In this document: positions 14,467-25,985 of the stretch, in pieces
Layout: every line of letters begins with the position of its first letter
How positions within the stretch are numbered: position 1 is the first letter of the stretch
Assembly: GCA_051362555.1 (NCBI GenBank)
Contig: CM120645.1
Location: 20,708,001-20,772,000, forward strand
From: Lingula anatina
Taxonomy: Eukaryota; Animalia; Brachiopoda
Direction of reading: 5' to 3'
Length of the DNA stretch: 64,000 nucleotides
Notes under the pieces: model-generated
Told to the model about the DNA's origin: nothing
Seen by the model: the letters and a program-made list of their open reading frames with translations, nothing else
Databases searched by the model: none
Position numbers and translations under genes: made by a program

Positions 14467-15948
14467 CTGCCAGTTTTAGAGATAAAATGGAAAAAAATTG
14501 CAAAGTTCAGTTCATGATGTAAAGTAGGTCAAAGGTCAATTTCAAGGTCACATTTAGATTGCCAGTATATGACTTCCTATTCAAGTCCAATAGTAACTAC
14601 GGACCTATCTCTGCCAGTTTTGGAGATAAAAGGGAAGAAAAATTTGCAATGTTCAGTTCATGGTGAAAAGTAGGTCAAAGGTCAATTTCAAGGTCACATT
14701 TAGATTGCCAGTATATGACTTCCTATTCAAGTCCAATAGTAACTACGGACCTATCTCTGCTAGTTTTGGAGATAAAAGGGAAGAAAAATTTGCAATGTTC
14801 AGTTCATGGTGAAAAGTAGGTCAAAGGTCAATTTCAAGGTCACATATAGATTGCCAGTATATGACTTCCTATTCAAGTCCAATAGTAACTACGGACCTAT
14901 CTCAGCCAGTTTTGGAGATAAAAGGAAAGCAAAATTTGCAAAATTCAGTTCATGGTGTAAAGTAGGTCAAAGGTCAATTTGAAGGTCACATTTAGATTGC
15001 CAGTATATGACTTCCTATTCAAGTCCAATAGTAACTACGGACCTATCTCTGCCAGTTCTGGAGATAAAAGGGAAGCAAAATTTGCAAAGTTCAGTTCATG
15101 GTGAAAAGTAGGTCAAAGGTCAATTTGAAGGTCACATTTATATTGCCAGTATATGACTTCCTATTCAAGTCCAATAGTAACTACGGACCTATCTCTGCCA
15201 GTTTTGGAGATAAAAGGGAAGCAAAATTTGCAAAGTTCAGTTCATGGTGTAAAGTAAGTCAAAGGTCAATTTCAAGGTCACATATAGATTGCCAGTATAT
15301 GACTTCCTATTCAAGTCCAATAGTAACTACGGACCTATCTTAGCCAGTTTTGGAGATAAAAGGAAAGAAAAATTTGCAATGTTCAGTTCATGGTGTAAAG
15401 TAGGTCAAAGGTCAATTTGAAGGTCACATATAGATTGCCAGTATATGACTTCCTATTCAAGTCCAATAGTAACTACGGACCTATCTCAGCCAGTTTTGGA
15501 GATAAAAGGAAACCAAAATTTGCAAAGTTCAGTTCATGGTGAAAAGTAGGTCAAAGGTCAATTTCAAGGTCACAGTAAGATTGCCAGTATATGACTTCCT
15601 ATTCAAGTCCAATAGAAACTACAGACCTATCTCTGCCAGTTTTGGAGATAAAAGGGAAGCAAAATTTGCAATGTTCAGTTCATGGTGAAAAGTAGGTCAA
15701 AGGTCAATTTGAAGGTCACATTTAGATTGCCAGTATATGACTTCCTATTCAAGTTCAATAGTAACTATGGACCTATCTCTGCCAGTTTGGGAGATAAAAG
15801 GAAAGCAAAATTTGCAAAGTTCAGTTCATGGTGAAAAGTAGGTCAAAGGTCAATTTTAAGGTCACATTTATATTGCCAGTATATGACTTCCTATTCAAGT
15901 TCAATAGTAACTATGGACCTATCTCTGCCAGTTTTGGAGATATAAGGG
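14467..15948. repeat. 146-bp satellite array A (10 monomers) inside HINE copy 1
   Basis: AAAGTAGGTC (one copy AAAGTAAGTC) recurs at 14521, 14667, 14813 ... 15835, an exact 146-bp period. Confidence 0.97.
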
Positions 15949-16290
15949 ACTAAATGTTATAATTTTGGAGTTACCATAATGTGCTTTAATTTCGTACAGA
16001 AAAAATTAATTAAAATAAAGAAAATGTCATTTTGGTCAAAATTCTTGAAATAGGAGGTGCTCTGAAGTTTCAGAAGTTCAAGTTTGATGAAATAATGTCA
16101 TTTTTGAACACAAGTTGTCTGCTTTGCCAAGCCTTATATTTTATTTTTCCAGAGTTCAAAATTTATTATCCATTACCGTACTGCACATTTTGCTTTTACC
16201 ACCAATATGTACTTTTTGATACAGCGTAACTCGAAAACCGTATGGAATACAAAAAAACCGAGACCACCTCCAGTATTGGGCTTTACATGC

Positions 16291-17007
16291 AAAGTTCAGT
16301 TCATGGTGAAAAGTAGGTCAAAGGTCAATTTTAAGGTCACATTTAGATTGCCAGTATATGACTTCCTATTCAAGTTCAATAGTAACTATGGACCTATCTC
16401 TGCCAGTTTTGGAGATAAAAGGGAAGAAAAATTTGCAAAGTTCAGTTCATGGTGAAAAGTAGGTCAAAGGTCAATTTCAAGGTCACATTTAGATTGCCAG
16501 TATATGACTTCCTATTCAAGTTCAATAGTAACTATGGACCTATCTCTGCCAGTTTTGGAGATAAAAGGGAAGCAAAATTTGCAAAGTTCAGTTCATGGTG
16601 AAAAGTAGGTCAAAGGTCAATTTTAAGGTCACATTTAGATTGCCAGTATATGACTTCCTATTCAAGTTCAATAGTAACTATGGACCTATCTCTGACAGTT
16701 TTGGAGATAAAAGGGAAGAAAAATTTGCAAAGTTCAGTTCATGGTGAAAAGTAGGTCAAAGGTCAATTTTAAGGTCACATATAGATTGCCAGTATATGAC
16801 TTCCTATTCAAGTTCAATAGTAACTATGGACCTATCTCTGCCAGTTTTGGAGATAAAAGGGAAGAAAAATTTGCAAAGTTCAGTTCATGGTGAAAAGTAG
16901 GTCAAAGGTCAATTTTAAGGTCACATATAGATTGCCAGTATATGACTTCCTATTCAACTTCAATAGTAACTATAGACCTATCTCTGCCAGTTTTGGAGAT
17001 ATAAGGG
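16291..17007. repeat. 146-bp satellite array B (5 monomers) inside HINE copy 1
   Basis: AAAGTAGGTC at 16310, 16456, 16602, 16748, 16894. Confidence 0.97.
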
Positions 17008-18341
17008 ACTAAATGTTATAATTTTGGAGTTACCATAATGTGCCTTAAATTTCGTACAGAAAAAATTAATTAAAATAAAGAAAATGTCATTTTGGTTAAA
17101 ATTCTTGAAATAGGAGGTGCTCTGAAGTTTCAGAAGTTCAAATTTGATGAAATAATGTCATTTTTGAACACAAGTTGTCTGCTTTGCCAAGCCTAATGTT
17201 TTATTTTTCCAGAGTTCAAAATTTATTATCCATTACCGTACTGCACATTTTGCTTTTACCACCAATATGTACTTTTTGATACAGCGTAACTCAAAAACCG
17301 TATGGAATACAAAAAAACCGAGACCACCTCCAGTGTTGGGCTTTACATGCTCTACAAAATGCAAAAAAGAATGGGTCTCTAGCATTAACGGTTCCCGAAT
17401 TAGAGACAGTTTTCAGTTTCGGTATCTTATGGCCGCTACTCCCGTGAAAATGCACCGATTGACCCCAAATTCATGGAGATGAAAGATGACCTGAAGGGTA
17501 ACACTTTCCAATAATATTATTGGTTAAGTCTGTGTGGTGTCTGAATAACAGGGCAAAAAAATTTTTTTTCGTAAAAAATTTCATTTTTTTGAAAATTTTG
17601 GCCCATTTGACCTTGAAGTAAAGGTCAAAGGTCAAATCCAAGGGTATATTTGAAATCTACACATATGACTTTTGGAAAGCCGTCTATAGAAATTTTTCCC
17701 ATAACTCCTTCCGTAGGGTAGATAATTAGCATTTAATTTTGCCATTTTTAGACAAGGGTGCATTGCAATGAGTGCCACACCCAGACCCCAATACCGACAA
17801 AGCCCAAATTTTACGTGGAACGAGTTGAGATTATAGGTGACCTAAATCCATGAGATGGGTATGGGGGGCCTTACCGTCTAGGAGGAGAAGCGGTAACGGT
17901 AGCCGTCCGGCGGAGCCAGCGGAGCCGGCGGAGCCGGCGGAGCCGGCGGAGCCGGCGGAACGATCCGGACGAGACCGAAACCATGTGTACCGCCAGCGCT
18001 AACGCTGGTGGTACAATAACACCAGCTTACAGAGAAACAAAAGAATTAGCTCTGTTTATCAAACCACTGTATAAAATTTCCAAATGAAAGAAAATAAACC
18101 CAAATTACACAAAAGCATAGAAACCAACATTTTGTAGAAGAATTCCTTCAATAGACTTGTGGTGTGTATGCTGTTTTTCTCCATTATTGTTGCGGAACAG
18201 ACAAACATCAACCACTGATGACATCAATAACGCCTACAGGTACAATGTAGTCCTCTTGTGCAGAATGTATCAGATCAAAGTAACAATCCATGTGACAAAA
18301 TTTGTGACATGGCTAACTTTTACATCAGATTCTGTGTCTAT

Positions 18342-18550
18342 GACCCCATTCCCACAGATTTTAGATCGATCTATCCCTAGTCTCACTAGATTACTGTCAG
18401 CTTAGCCGGCTTAAGCATCTGTCCCGCCTACTAAAAGCTGTAAGGGGGTACTTAACTGTCGTGCGCGCTCGGCTGACTGCAATTTAGCGTGAACCCCCAG
18501 GGCATTAGGTCGATCCGGATGGATCGATCTAAATCTCTGGGAATGCACTC
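18342..18550 (-). mobile_element. MITE family A, copy 2
   Basis: Core is the reverse complement of copy 1; TSD TAT at 18339-18341 and 18551-18553. Confidence 0.88.
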
Positions 18551-18772
18551 TATCTGTGTGTGTGTGTGTATGTGTGTGTATACGTGTGCATGTGCACATG
18601 CATCTTTGAATATGCAGAAATCTTGGATTTGATTCTGTACATCATAGACACTTCTAGTTTGTATTTGTTGAAAAAAATTAGACACTCTGCAGTAAATCAA
18701 TAGGCAACCAAGCACTGATACAAAAACATTGCTTTCAATAACTTAAAGATGCTTTACACTGGACATCAGATA

Positions 18773-18947
18773 TAGGCCATTGGCAGGGTTACATATGTGG
18801 ATTCAAATGGACCACCATTATGGCTCATAAGGTTTGTTCTGAATCAAAACTAGATCTAGATTCAATGCAATTATGGTAAAATGTGGTCAACTTTTTAAAG
18901 AGAAAAAACCCACCCCCACCCCTTTGAAATTGCTGACTAGATATCTG
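18773..18947 (+). mobile_element. MITE family B, degraded copy
   Basis: Similar 3' part (CCCCTTTGAAATTGCTGACTA), same length as the other copies, flanks AGATA/AGATA. Confidence 0.65.
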
Positions 18948-21900
18948 AGATAAATTAATGAATACCAAAGGACATGTTAATAATTCTTCCAAATATCTCT
19001 TATGATACAACAACCCCCAAACCCTTCTAAGGTTCTCAAAATTCTATTCTTGAATTTGTGAATCATAACATGGTAAAACAAAGTTGACATCAAAAGTGAA
19101 AGAGGTATTGAAACACTTAAAGGCCTCAACAAGTTGGTAACAGCATATCACTGCAACATATTTTTCTTATGAAACAAAATTAAGCCGATATTCATGTGGT
19201 ACTTCACCTCAATGAGGTCACATCACCCGAACAACCTAAGAATTATTCTGTCCGAGAAAATAAACTGAAGTTTGCTTTAAGGGAGGCCCTTATGGTTAAG
19301 AGGTTGAAACCATCTCCCGATTAACCTTTAACAGCAGATTACAACTGATAAATAGTCAGGGCAAATAAGAAGCTATTGCCTTTCCATTCATTGAGATTAA
19401 TTGCACAGTTTTTTGTACAAGGCAGATATTGAGACTTTCGTTGTCTAGAGGCATATTCAATTAAAAGTGAACTGGGAAGGAAAATGGGCCTGTCAAAATA
19501 TATTATGGGCTTGATCACTTTGTCTGCGTGTGGGCAGGCTAAGATTGTGCTATTTATTTATTCATTTTAGGAGACAAGGAGCAAATATTTTCAAAAAACA
19601 TACAAATATTTTCGAAATTCTTGTTACATTACAATCTAATATAATGATTCATTTACCATAACTCAATTTTCATGTAGTCTATGCCTTATAAATCACTGCA
19701 GTCAAGAAAATTAGGTTTGCCTTACAATGGTGTAACAAGCAATGCTTGAAGATACTTTATAGCATATAAAGGTCTATACCATAAAAATAGCATAGCTCAT
19801 GAATCATAAAACAAAAAGAGATCTTTCCTTGGTCAAATTAGCAAGAAAAAAACCTTCAGCTGCTATTTGAAGAAACTTGGGGCAAACAAAACTCAGTCAG
19901 GGCACGGATGAGGTCTAAAAATCCACAGGGAGCAAGACCATCTGGGCTCAACTCACAGGTGAGAAAATCTTCACTTAGAGCAGTCACGCTGGTTTACTTC
20001 TTCAATTGCGCACATCAGGAAGAGCAGAACTAAAAGTACTTAGCTATAAATATCTTAGGTAACACAGGTAGTCAGATTTCTAAATTAGACGTAATATGCT
20101 GGAATTATCTTGCTGCGAGCCTCCTGTGGAAAAAGATAAGATCAGACTCACCTGAGAAAATAAAACCTTTTTTTTTCTATTAAAAAAATGCCCTCGAGAG
20201 ACCAGTAAAATACCATCTGCCAAAACACAGAGCAATTCTTTCTAAATCAAATTTCTTTGGAATATGAATTGTTTTCATGCATGCTTTATATCATTTTACT
20301 AAGGAATCATTATATTTAGAAAGGTGAATTATGAACTGCCAAATATCTTGAGCCCAGTATCAAATTTACCATTTAAACTCAGTATCTAGGTTTGCTTTTC
20401 TTCTAAATTTGGAGCAAACTCTTCTTTCAGGTAAAAATAATTAACAAACAATGTAAGTTTGCTTTAAATCACTTCAACAGATCTTAAATAGTAATACTTT
20501 AAGACAGTGTCAGTTTATATAGAACAAAAGGTGTACAAAAATAACTTTATTTAACTTTCTTTCACTACTGTATATATTTTTTTCTCTATAAAAAAGAAGA
20601 AAAAAAAACTCTTCAAGACTAACCAGATATTTTAAACTCACATTTCACATGTACAGGCAGAGGCCTCCCACACAAGCAAAAAGTCAAAACTCCACCTTTG
20701 TATGTGAGGGTTTATTTATTCCTTTCCTCAGACGGCCAAAGAAGATGTACATCTTGCCAAGAATAATACCTATAAACCTTGGTCTGGTATTTTTTGCCTG
20801 GCTGCATCTGCTCATTATCTTCCTCAAGAGAATCTAAAACTCACCTGAGCAGGTAGATTCCAGGTAGGATAAAACAGACTCAACACAGTAAAAAAAGCAA
20901 CAAAAAAAATGCATCTTGTTTCAGGAATACACCTCAAAGAATTCCACGATTCTAAGGGGGGAAAAAACACAAAAAGAAAGTGATAGTGCTGTTATTCTAC
21001 ATATGTAACCTAATATAGAAAATTAACAAACCCATGTAGATCTCTGATAAAGATGTACCAACTCCTTGACCTCTCCTCCCCCTCCCCCCTAAAAGAAAAG
21101 GAAAAAATTCACGCTGGTCAAATGCTAAAAACTAAAACTAGCCAAATTTTGTTAATAGACATAGATTAGCCTATTTAAACAGCTGCCATGGCTGTTCCTG
21201 CTTCAATAGTCTGATGACAGTCTATGAGCAATCTAACCCAATCATTTAAATAACCATAACCATAACCAGCAGATAAGAGGAGTTTCCTCGAAATTGTGAT
21301 TTACAGGTACAGTGTACCATGTAAAAGAAGTTACACCATAAAATTACTCAGTTCCTTATTTGTGGCAATATTTGGCTAAAAAACCAAAAAAACTACAATA
21401 ATTTCTCAGGGGTTATCAGCGAAGATAAATCTACACCTTACGTCATACTCCATATCTTTGACTGAAGGGAAAAAGATGTGCAAAATATTTGAGCATGTTT
21501 TTAGTACAACCAAAACTAAATTTTACCTTTTAAAACTGTATATCAGCAATGCAGTCTTTTACTTCTCCAAACACACCTCCTGCCAATCTGTCTCCATGAC
21601 TTACTGAGTTTTACAATTGATTATTCATCAGTAAAAATATTGCTTACAGATGAATCAAAAATAGCTTACCGTTGCATAAAAAATACTGTTTCTCGAATCC
21701 AAGCTGTGATTTACTGGTAGCAAAAAAACATTCAATCTAAATAAATAAAGACACTCTGACTGTATTTTCCAGTTATTGCTTGATAAAGGGTATGAAAAAC
21801 ACCAATACAATGTTTTATATTTATACGGTAATTGCTTCAAATTTTCGAACACCTCACTTCTTCTTATATACGACTCTTTCAAGATTCATCATTATCAGGC

Positions 21901-23390
21901 ACTCACAACAATGCTTTTTATTATTTGTTGACAAGATGCCAAATAACTGTTAACAAAACTTATGATTCCTTGCTTTATGGACCCATGGTGATTCTCAAGT
22001 AACATTATTTTGCAAAGTCCATTAACTTTTTTCTTTTCATTTTTAAAAATGTTTGTGCATGACAATTTAAATTGCCGGCCTCAACCCCATGGTGCTTCTC
22101 AGTTGACATTATTTTGCAACAGAAACCTTCTCTTTTTTGTTTTTCTATTTAGCCGGGGTTGACCTTAGAGTGGCACATTGACCTCTGAGTGGCATCCTAG
22201 CCATTTGGTCATTTAGCCTATTGACAGCATAAATGAATCCAAGGTTTTTTCTTTTGTAATATTCGAGTACACAAAGTAATTTGCTTGTCAGTTATTGGTT
22301 ATTGTTATCGTATTACTGTCAAACTGATTCTAAAGGTGAATCAAAGTGTATGTTTGAGGGTTTCACTTCAAGATTCATACCGAAACACGAAAAAGACATA
22401 CTAGTCTTCTTAAGTTGAAGAAGACTTAAAATTATGTCTTTTAGGACAATTTTTTTTAGTCAAAAGTTCTTTGTGGCTCAGACTCATGGTGAGCCAGTTA
22501 TAACGTCTGAGCCTGGTAAGACAGGTTGTATTAAGTTATATCAACCCAAACTCACTGTAAACACAACTTCACAGATTGCAGTGGTGATTTACTGACCTCT
22601 TCAGAAAGTTGTGATGAGATCTGAATCTACATCAATTTTGATATTGAATTTAAAGGGACCTGTAAAAATAAAATATAATTAAGGTTGAACAGTTGAAATT
22701 TAATCTTCTTACCACTATGGATGGACTGGTTGTGGTTTGGTCTATTTACTTTTTAAAAAAAGTAGTAAACCAAAATAAAATTTATTGATTCAGCAAGAAG
22801 TAAACAGAAGGCATAATAATAACATTATCTGCAGCATGGTTCAGGCCTTAAAACTTAACAATTTTTGTAATTATTATAATCAATTCTTCAAAAAACTTTG
22901 TGAAAAACTTAAATTTGTTGGAGAATGAAACTTGCAATATGCCATTTTCAAGTCATTAGGTTTCATTTGTTTCATAACAATTCATAATGATGGGATATAT
23001 TTTATATAAACATAAAATACACATAACTCCAAATAAAAAAGTAGATAACATCCTTAATAAACAATTTGACAGCCACCTCTCGAGCTCCAGTCTTAAATTA
23101 CATCATCAGCTCGGCTATCTACTTCACGCTTATTAGACTAAGCTAAAAGATTAACAGCCGATAAATGCTTAAAGTCCCATGGTGCTACAAGTAACACATT
23201 CCAACGCCCATCTTTACAAGTTAGTTGCAGCCTTCAATACCTACCTTATGTAATATTACTGTGCATCAGCCAAGTTAATCTAATGGAGTCTAACTGCTAA
23301 CCACAGGGGAAAATTGTTAAATGACTATATTGTGCCAAAAAGAACAAGCTCAGATATTAAAAGACTTCTGATATTGTATGACTTAAAACA

Positions 23391-23427
<37 letters not shown>

Positions 23428-24381
23428 CTAACTCATCTAACCACCTGAACTCTAATTGTCACACACCTGTGATCTTTTCACTACAGGTGAGAAGTGATAT
23501 CGGAAAACAATTACGTCTTAACTCACAGTTGAGGAAGTGTCACTCACAAGATTGTCCACAATTGCCTGACTGTCATTCCAGACGGAAACCCCCTGACATT
23601 TGCATCTCTGAAGATGAGCAGATCCCATTAAATGTTACATGACTTCTATAAGTGGATCTTAAATACCAACCTGTGTTTGACTTGACTTTTGACCTGTCCA
23701 TATTTCGAGAGATTGGTATTTTCAAAATGCATTCATACTGATATCCATTTAGCTACCAGACAAAAATTTTTTTTTAAATCATGATCGATAACCTAGTAGC
23801 CTTAATCCTGCTATAATTTGGGTAGGTTTTATTCAGAAACGTAAGAATGAAAGTTGGTCTTAACTCCGTGGTCACAATGTCTAGTTTACATAGAACCAAG
23901 CTAAATCAATATTAGTTCAAAAATATTTTGCTTTTTACATTTAAAGTTAATTTATTTCATTTAAATTTATTGGTTTATTTATTTTAGTAGACCACTTAAC
24001 TAAAGTAGGCTTTAACCTAAACTGTTTTAAAAAATTAACACAATTGAGTAGATTTAACCTAAACTGTTTTAAAAAATTAACACCACACTGGACTTATTTA
24101 GTAATATTCAACATTGCCATCAATACCACCAGTCTTTGACAGGGAACTGAGTGTCAGTAACCCAATAGGCTGGTCAAGGGACAGGTCAAATGGCTACAAA
24201 TTTGGTTGGCTTATCACTCCAGAAGTCCAGTATTAGATTAGTCTATTTCTCTTTTATGTGATATCACACTACTGATTGAATCAGGACAAAAATGTTCACT
24301 CTCTCATTTTAAGCGTATCATTTTGTCTGCATGACCACTCCCAACAAATTCACTCTTGACAATCCTCCATCCCACCTCTTA

Positions 24382-24611
24382 GAGACAATTCCCACAGATA
24401 TTTAGATCGATCTATCCCCTGGGGGAGTCTCACTAGATTGCTGACAGCTTAACCGGCTTAAATGTCTGTCCCGCATACTAAAAGCTGTAAGGGGGTAATT
24501 AACTTTTGTACGCGCTCGGCTCCAGGAAGCAGACAGCAATTTAGTGTGAACCCCCAGGGAGTTAGTTAGGTCGATCCAGATAGATCGATCTAAATCTGTG
24601 GGAGCCCAGTT
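24382..24611 (-). mobile_element. MITE family A, copy 3
   Basis: Homologous core in reverse orientation; TSD TTA at 24379-24381 and 24612-24614. Confidence 0.88.
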
Positions 24612-24677
24612 TTAGTCTCTCTCTCTCTCTCTCTCTCTCCTGCTTAAGCTTTTTTCCCACTGCCCCTCCTTCCTTCC

Positions 24678-24708
<31 letters not shown>

Positions 24709-24960
24709 TCACTCTGTCTATCCCTCGATCCTTTTGCTTTAATTAGCTCTTACTACAGCTGCCCTCCCCTCTCTCTCTTCTCTCTCTCTCCTCTCTATCT
24801 CTTCACCCCTCCCTCCTTCTCTCTCTCTCTCTCTGTCCATCCCTCGATCCTTTTGCTTTAATTAGCTCTTACCACAGCTGCCCCTCCCCTCTCCCTCTCT
24901 TTTCTCTCTCTTCTCTCTCTATCTCTTCACCCCTCCCTTCCTTCCTCCTTCTCTCTCAAT
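24612..24960. repeat. CT-rich tract with ~119-bp tandem duplication
   Basis: ATCCCTCGATCCTTTTGCTTTAATTAGCTCTTAC at ~24720 and ~24839, embedded in (CT)n. Confidence 0.85.
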
Positions 24961-25652
24961 TCAATTCATTAACCCACATTCCTTTGCCCTTTTATGTTCC
25001 CCCTTCCTCCTAATATTTCCTCACCAACAGTTGGAGTTACTTAATCAGAGCAAATTAGCAAAAAGCAGGTAGCTACACTGTTATCTGAAGGAAAGCCACA
25101 TTTGGAAATCTTTTTGCCCTTGGACATATCTTGTTTGATGTTAGAAAAAAATAGGTTACCTGGAAAATTGATCATCATTCAAAGGAAGATTGTTCTTTCA
25201 TATCTGCTACACTTATCCTTGCTTCATTTTGGTTTTAATCAATTAGCTGCTTTTTTTTCAATCTATGAAATTAAAAATTGGGAAAAATCAATAACACATT
25301 TGAGAAAATTAATCAAATATTCCTCTGTTTTCATTTAATCAGAACAGTTGAGCCTTGGGCCGTAATCTTACAAGTTGGCAAGAGACCAGATTTTGATCCA
25401 CCGCAAATTAGGCTTAATTTGACGAAATTTCATAGCAAATGAATCCGAAGAAGTAAGACAAGTTGTTCCTCAAATTAGGTCTAAATCCAGGGAATTTCAC
25501 AGCAATTAAATCCTCGGAAATAAACCAAGTTGTTAACTTCTCTCCAACAAGGTACACCTGCGGTGGCACTCATGTCTCACACCAACTGTCAGAGATGTTT
25601 ACAGACTTTGCCACATCACCATTTAAGTTACACCTGGATCCCAGCAGATTAG

Positions 25653-25985
25653 AATTCATGGTTTGAGGCAGTTGACTGCGCAGGTACATTGAATATGGGG
25701 CTGTGTTCAAACCTGTTTTAACCAAATAGTTAAAATGTAAATCATGGTTTAAAAGAGTTGACTGCGCAGGTACATTGAATATGGGGCTGTGTTCAAACCT
25801 GTTTTAATTAAATATTTTTTAGTGTAAATCATGGTTTGAGGCAGTTGACTGCGCAGATACATTGTATATAGGGCTGTGTTCAAACCTGTTTTAACCAAAT
25901 AGTTTAAGTGTAAATCATGGTTTGAAGGAGTTGAGTGGGCAGGTACACTATATATGGAGCACTGTCCAAACCAGTTTTAACCAAT
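25653..25985. repeat. ~86-bp tandem repeat, ~4 copies
   Basis: GTTGACTGCGCAG(G/A)TACATTG at 25671, 25757, 25845 and (diverged) 25930. Confidence 0.92.

Larger units (their letters stand above)
13025..18017 (-). mobile_element. Non-autonomous Helentron-associated element (HINE/DINE-1-like) with internal 146-bp satellite, copy 1 (rearranged, with cargo)
   Basis: Perfect 14-bp subterminal inverted repeat ATTGTACCACCAGC (13060-13073) / GCTGGTGGTACAAT (18004-18017). Hairpin TGTACCGCCAGCG-ctaa-CGCTGGTGGTACA at 17986-18015 and 9-bp (GCCGGCGGA)n tract at 17907-17959. Hairpin GAGGCG-atac-CGCCTC (13039-13054) lies 9 nt from a terminal CTAG (13026-13029). Inserted in an AA/TT site with no TSD. Read on the minus strand this is the canonical HINE order: subTIR+IR, microsatellite, tandem repeats, subTIR, stem-loop, CTAG. 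Both ends are shared with copy 2. Confidence 0.9.

Noticed and set aside
14467-17007. CRISPR-like regular array
   Set aside because: Whole monomers repeat with no unique spacers, there are no cas genes, and the context is eukaryotic.
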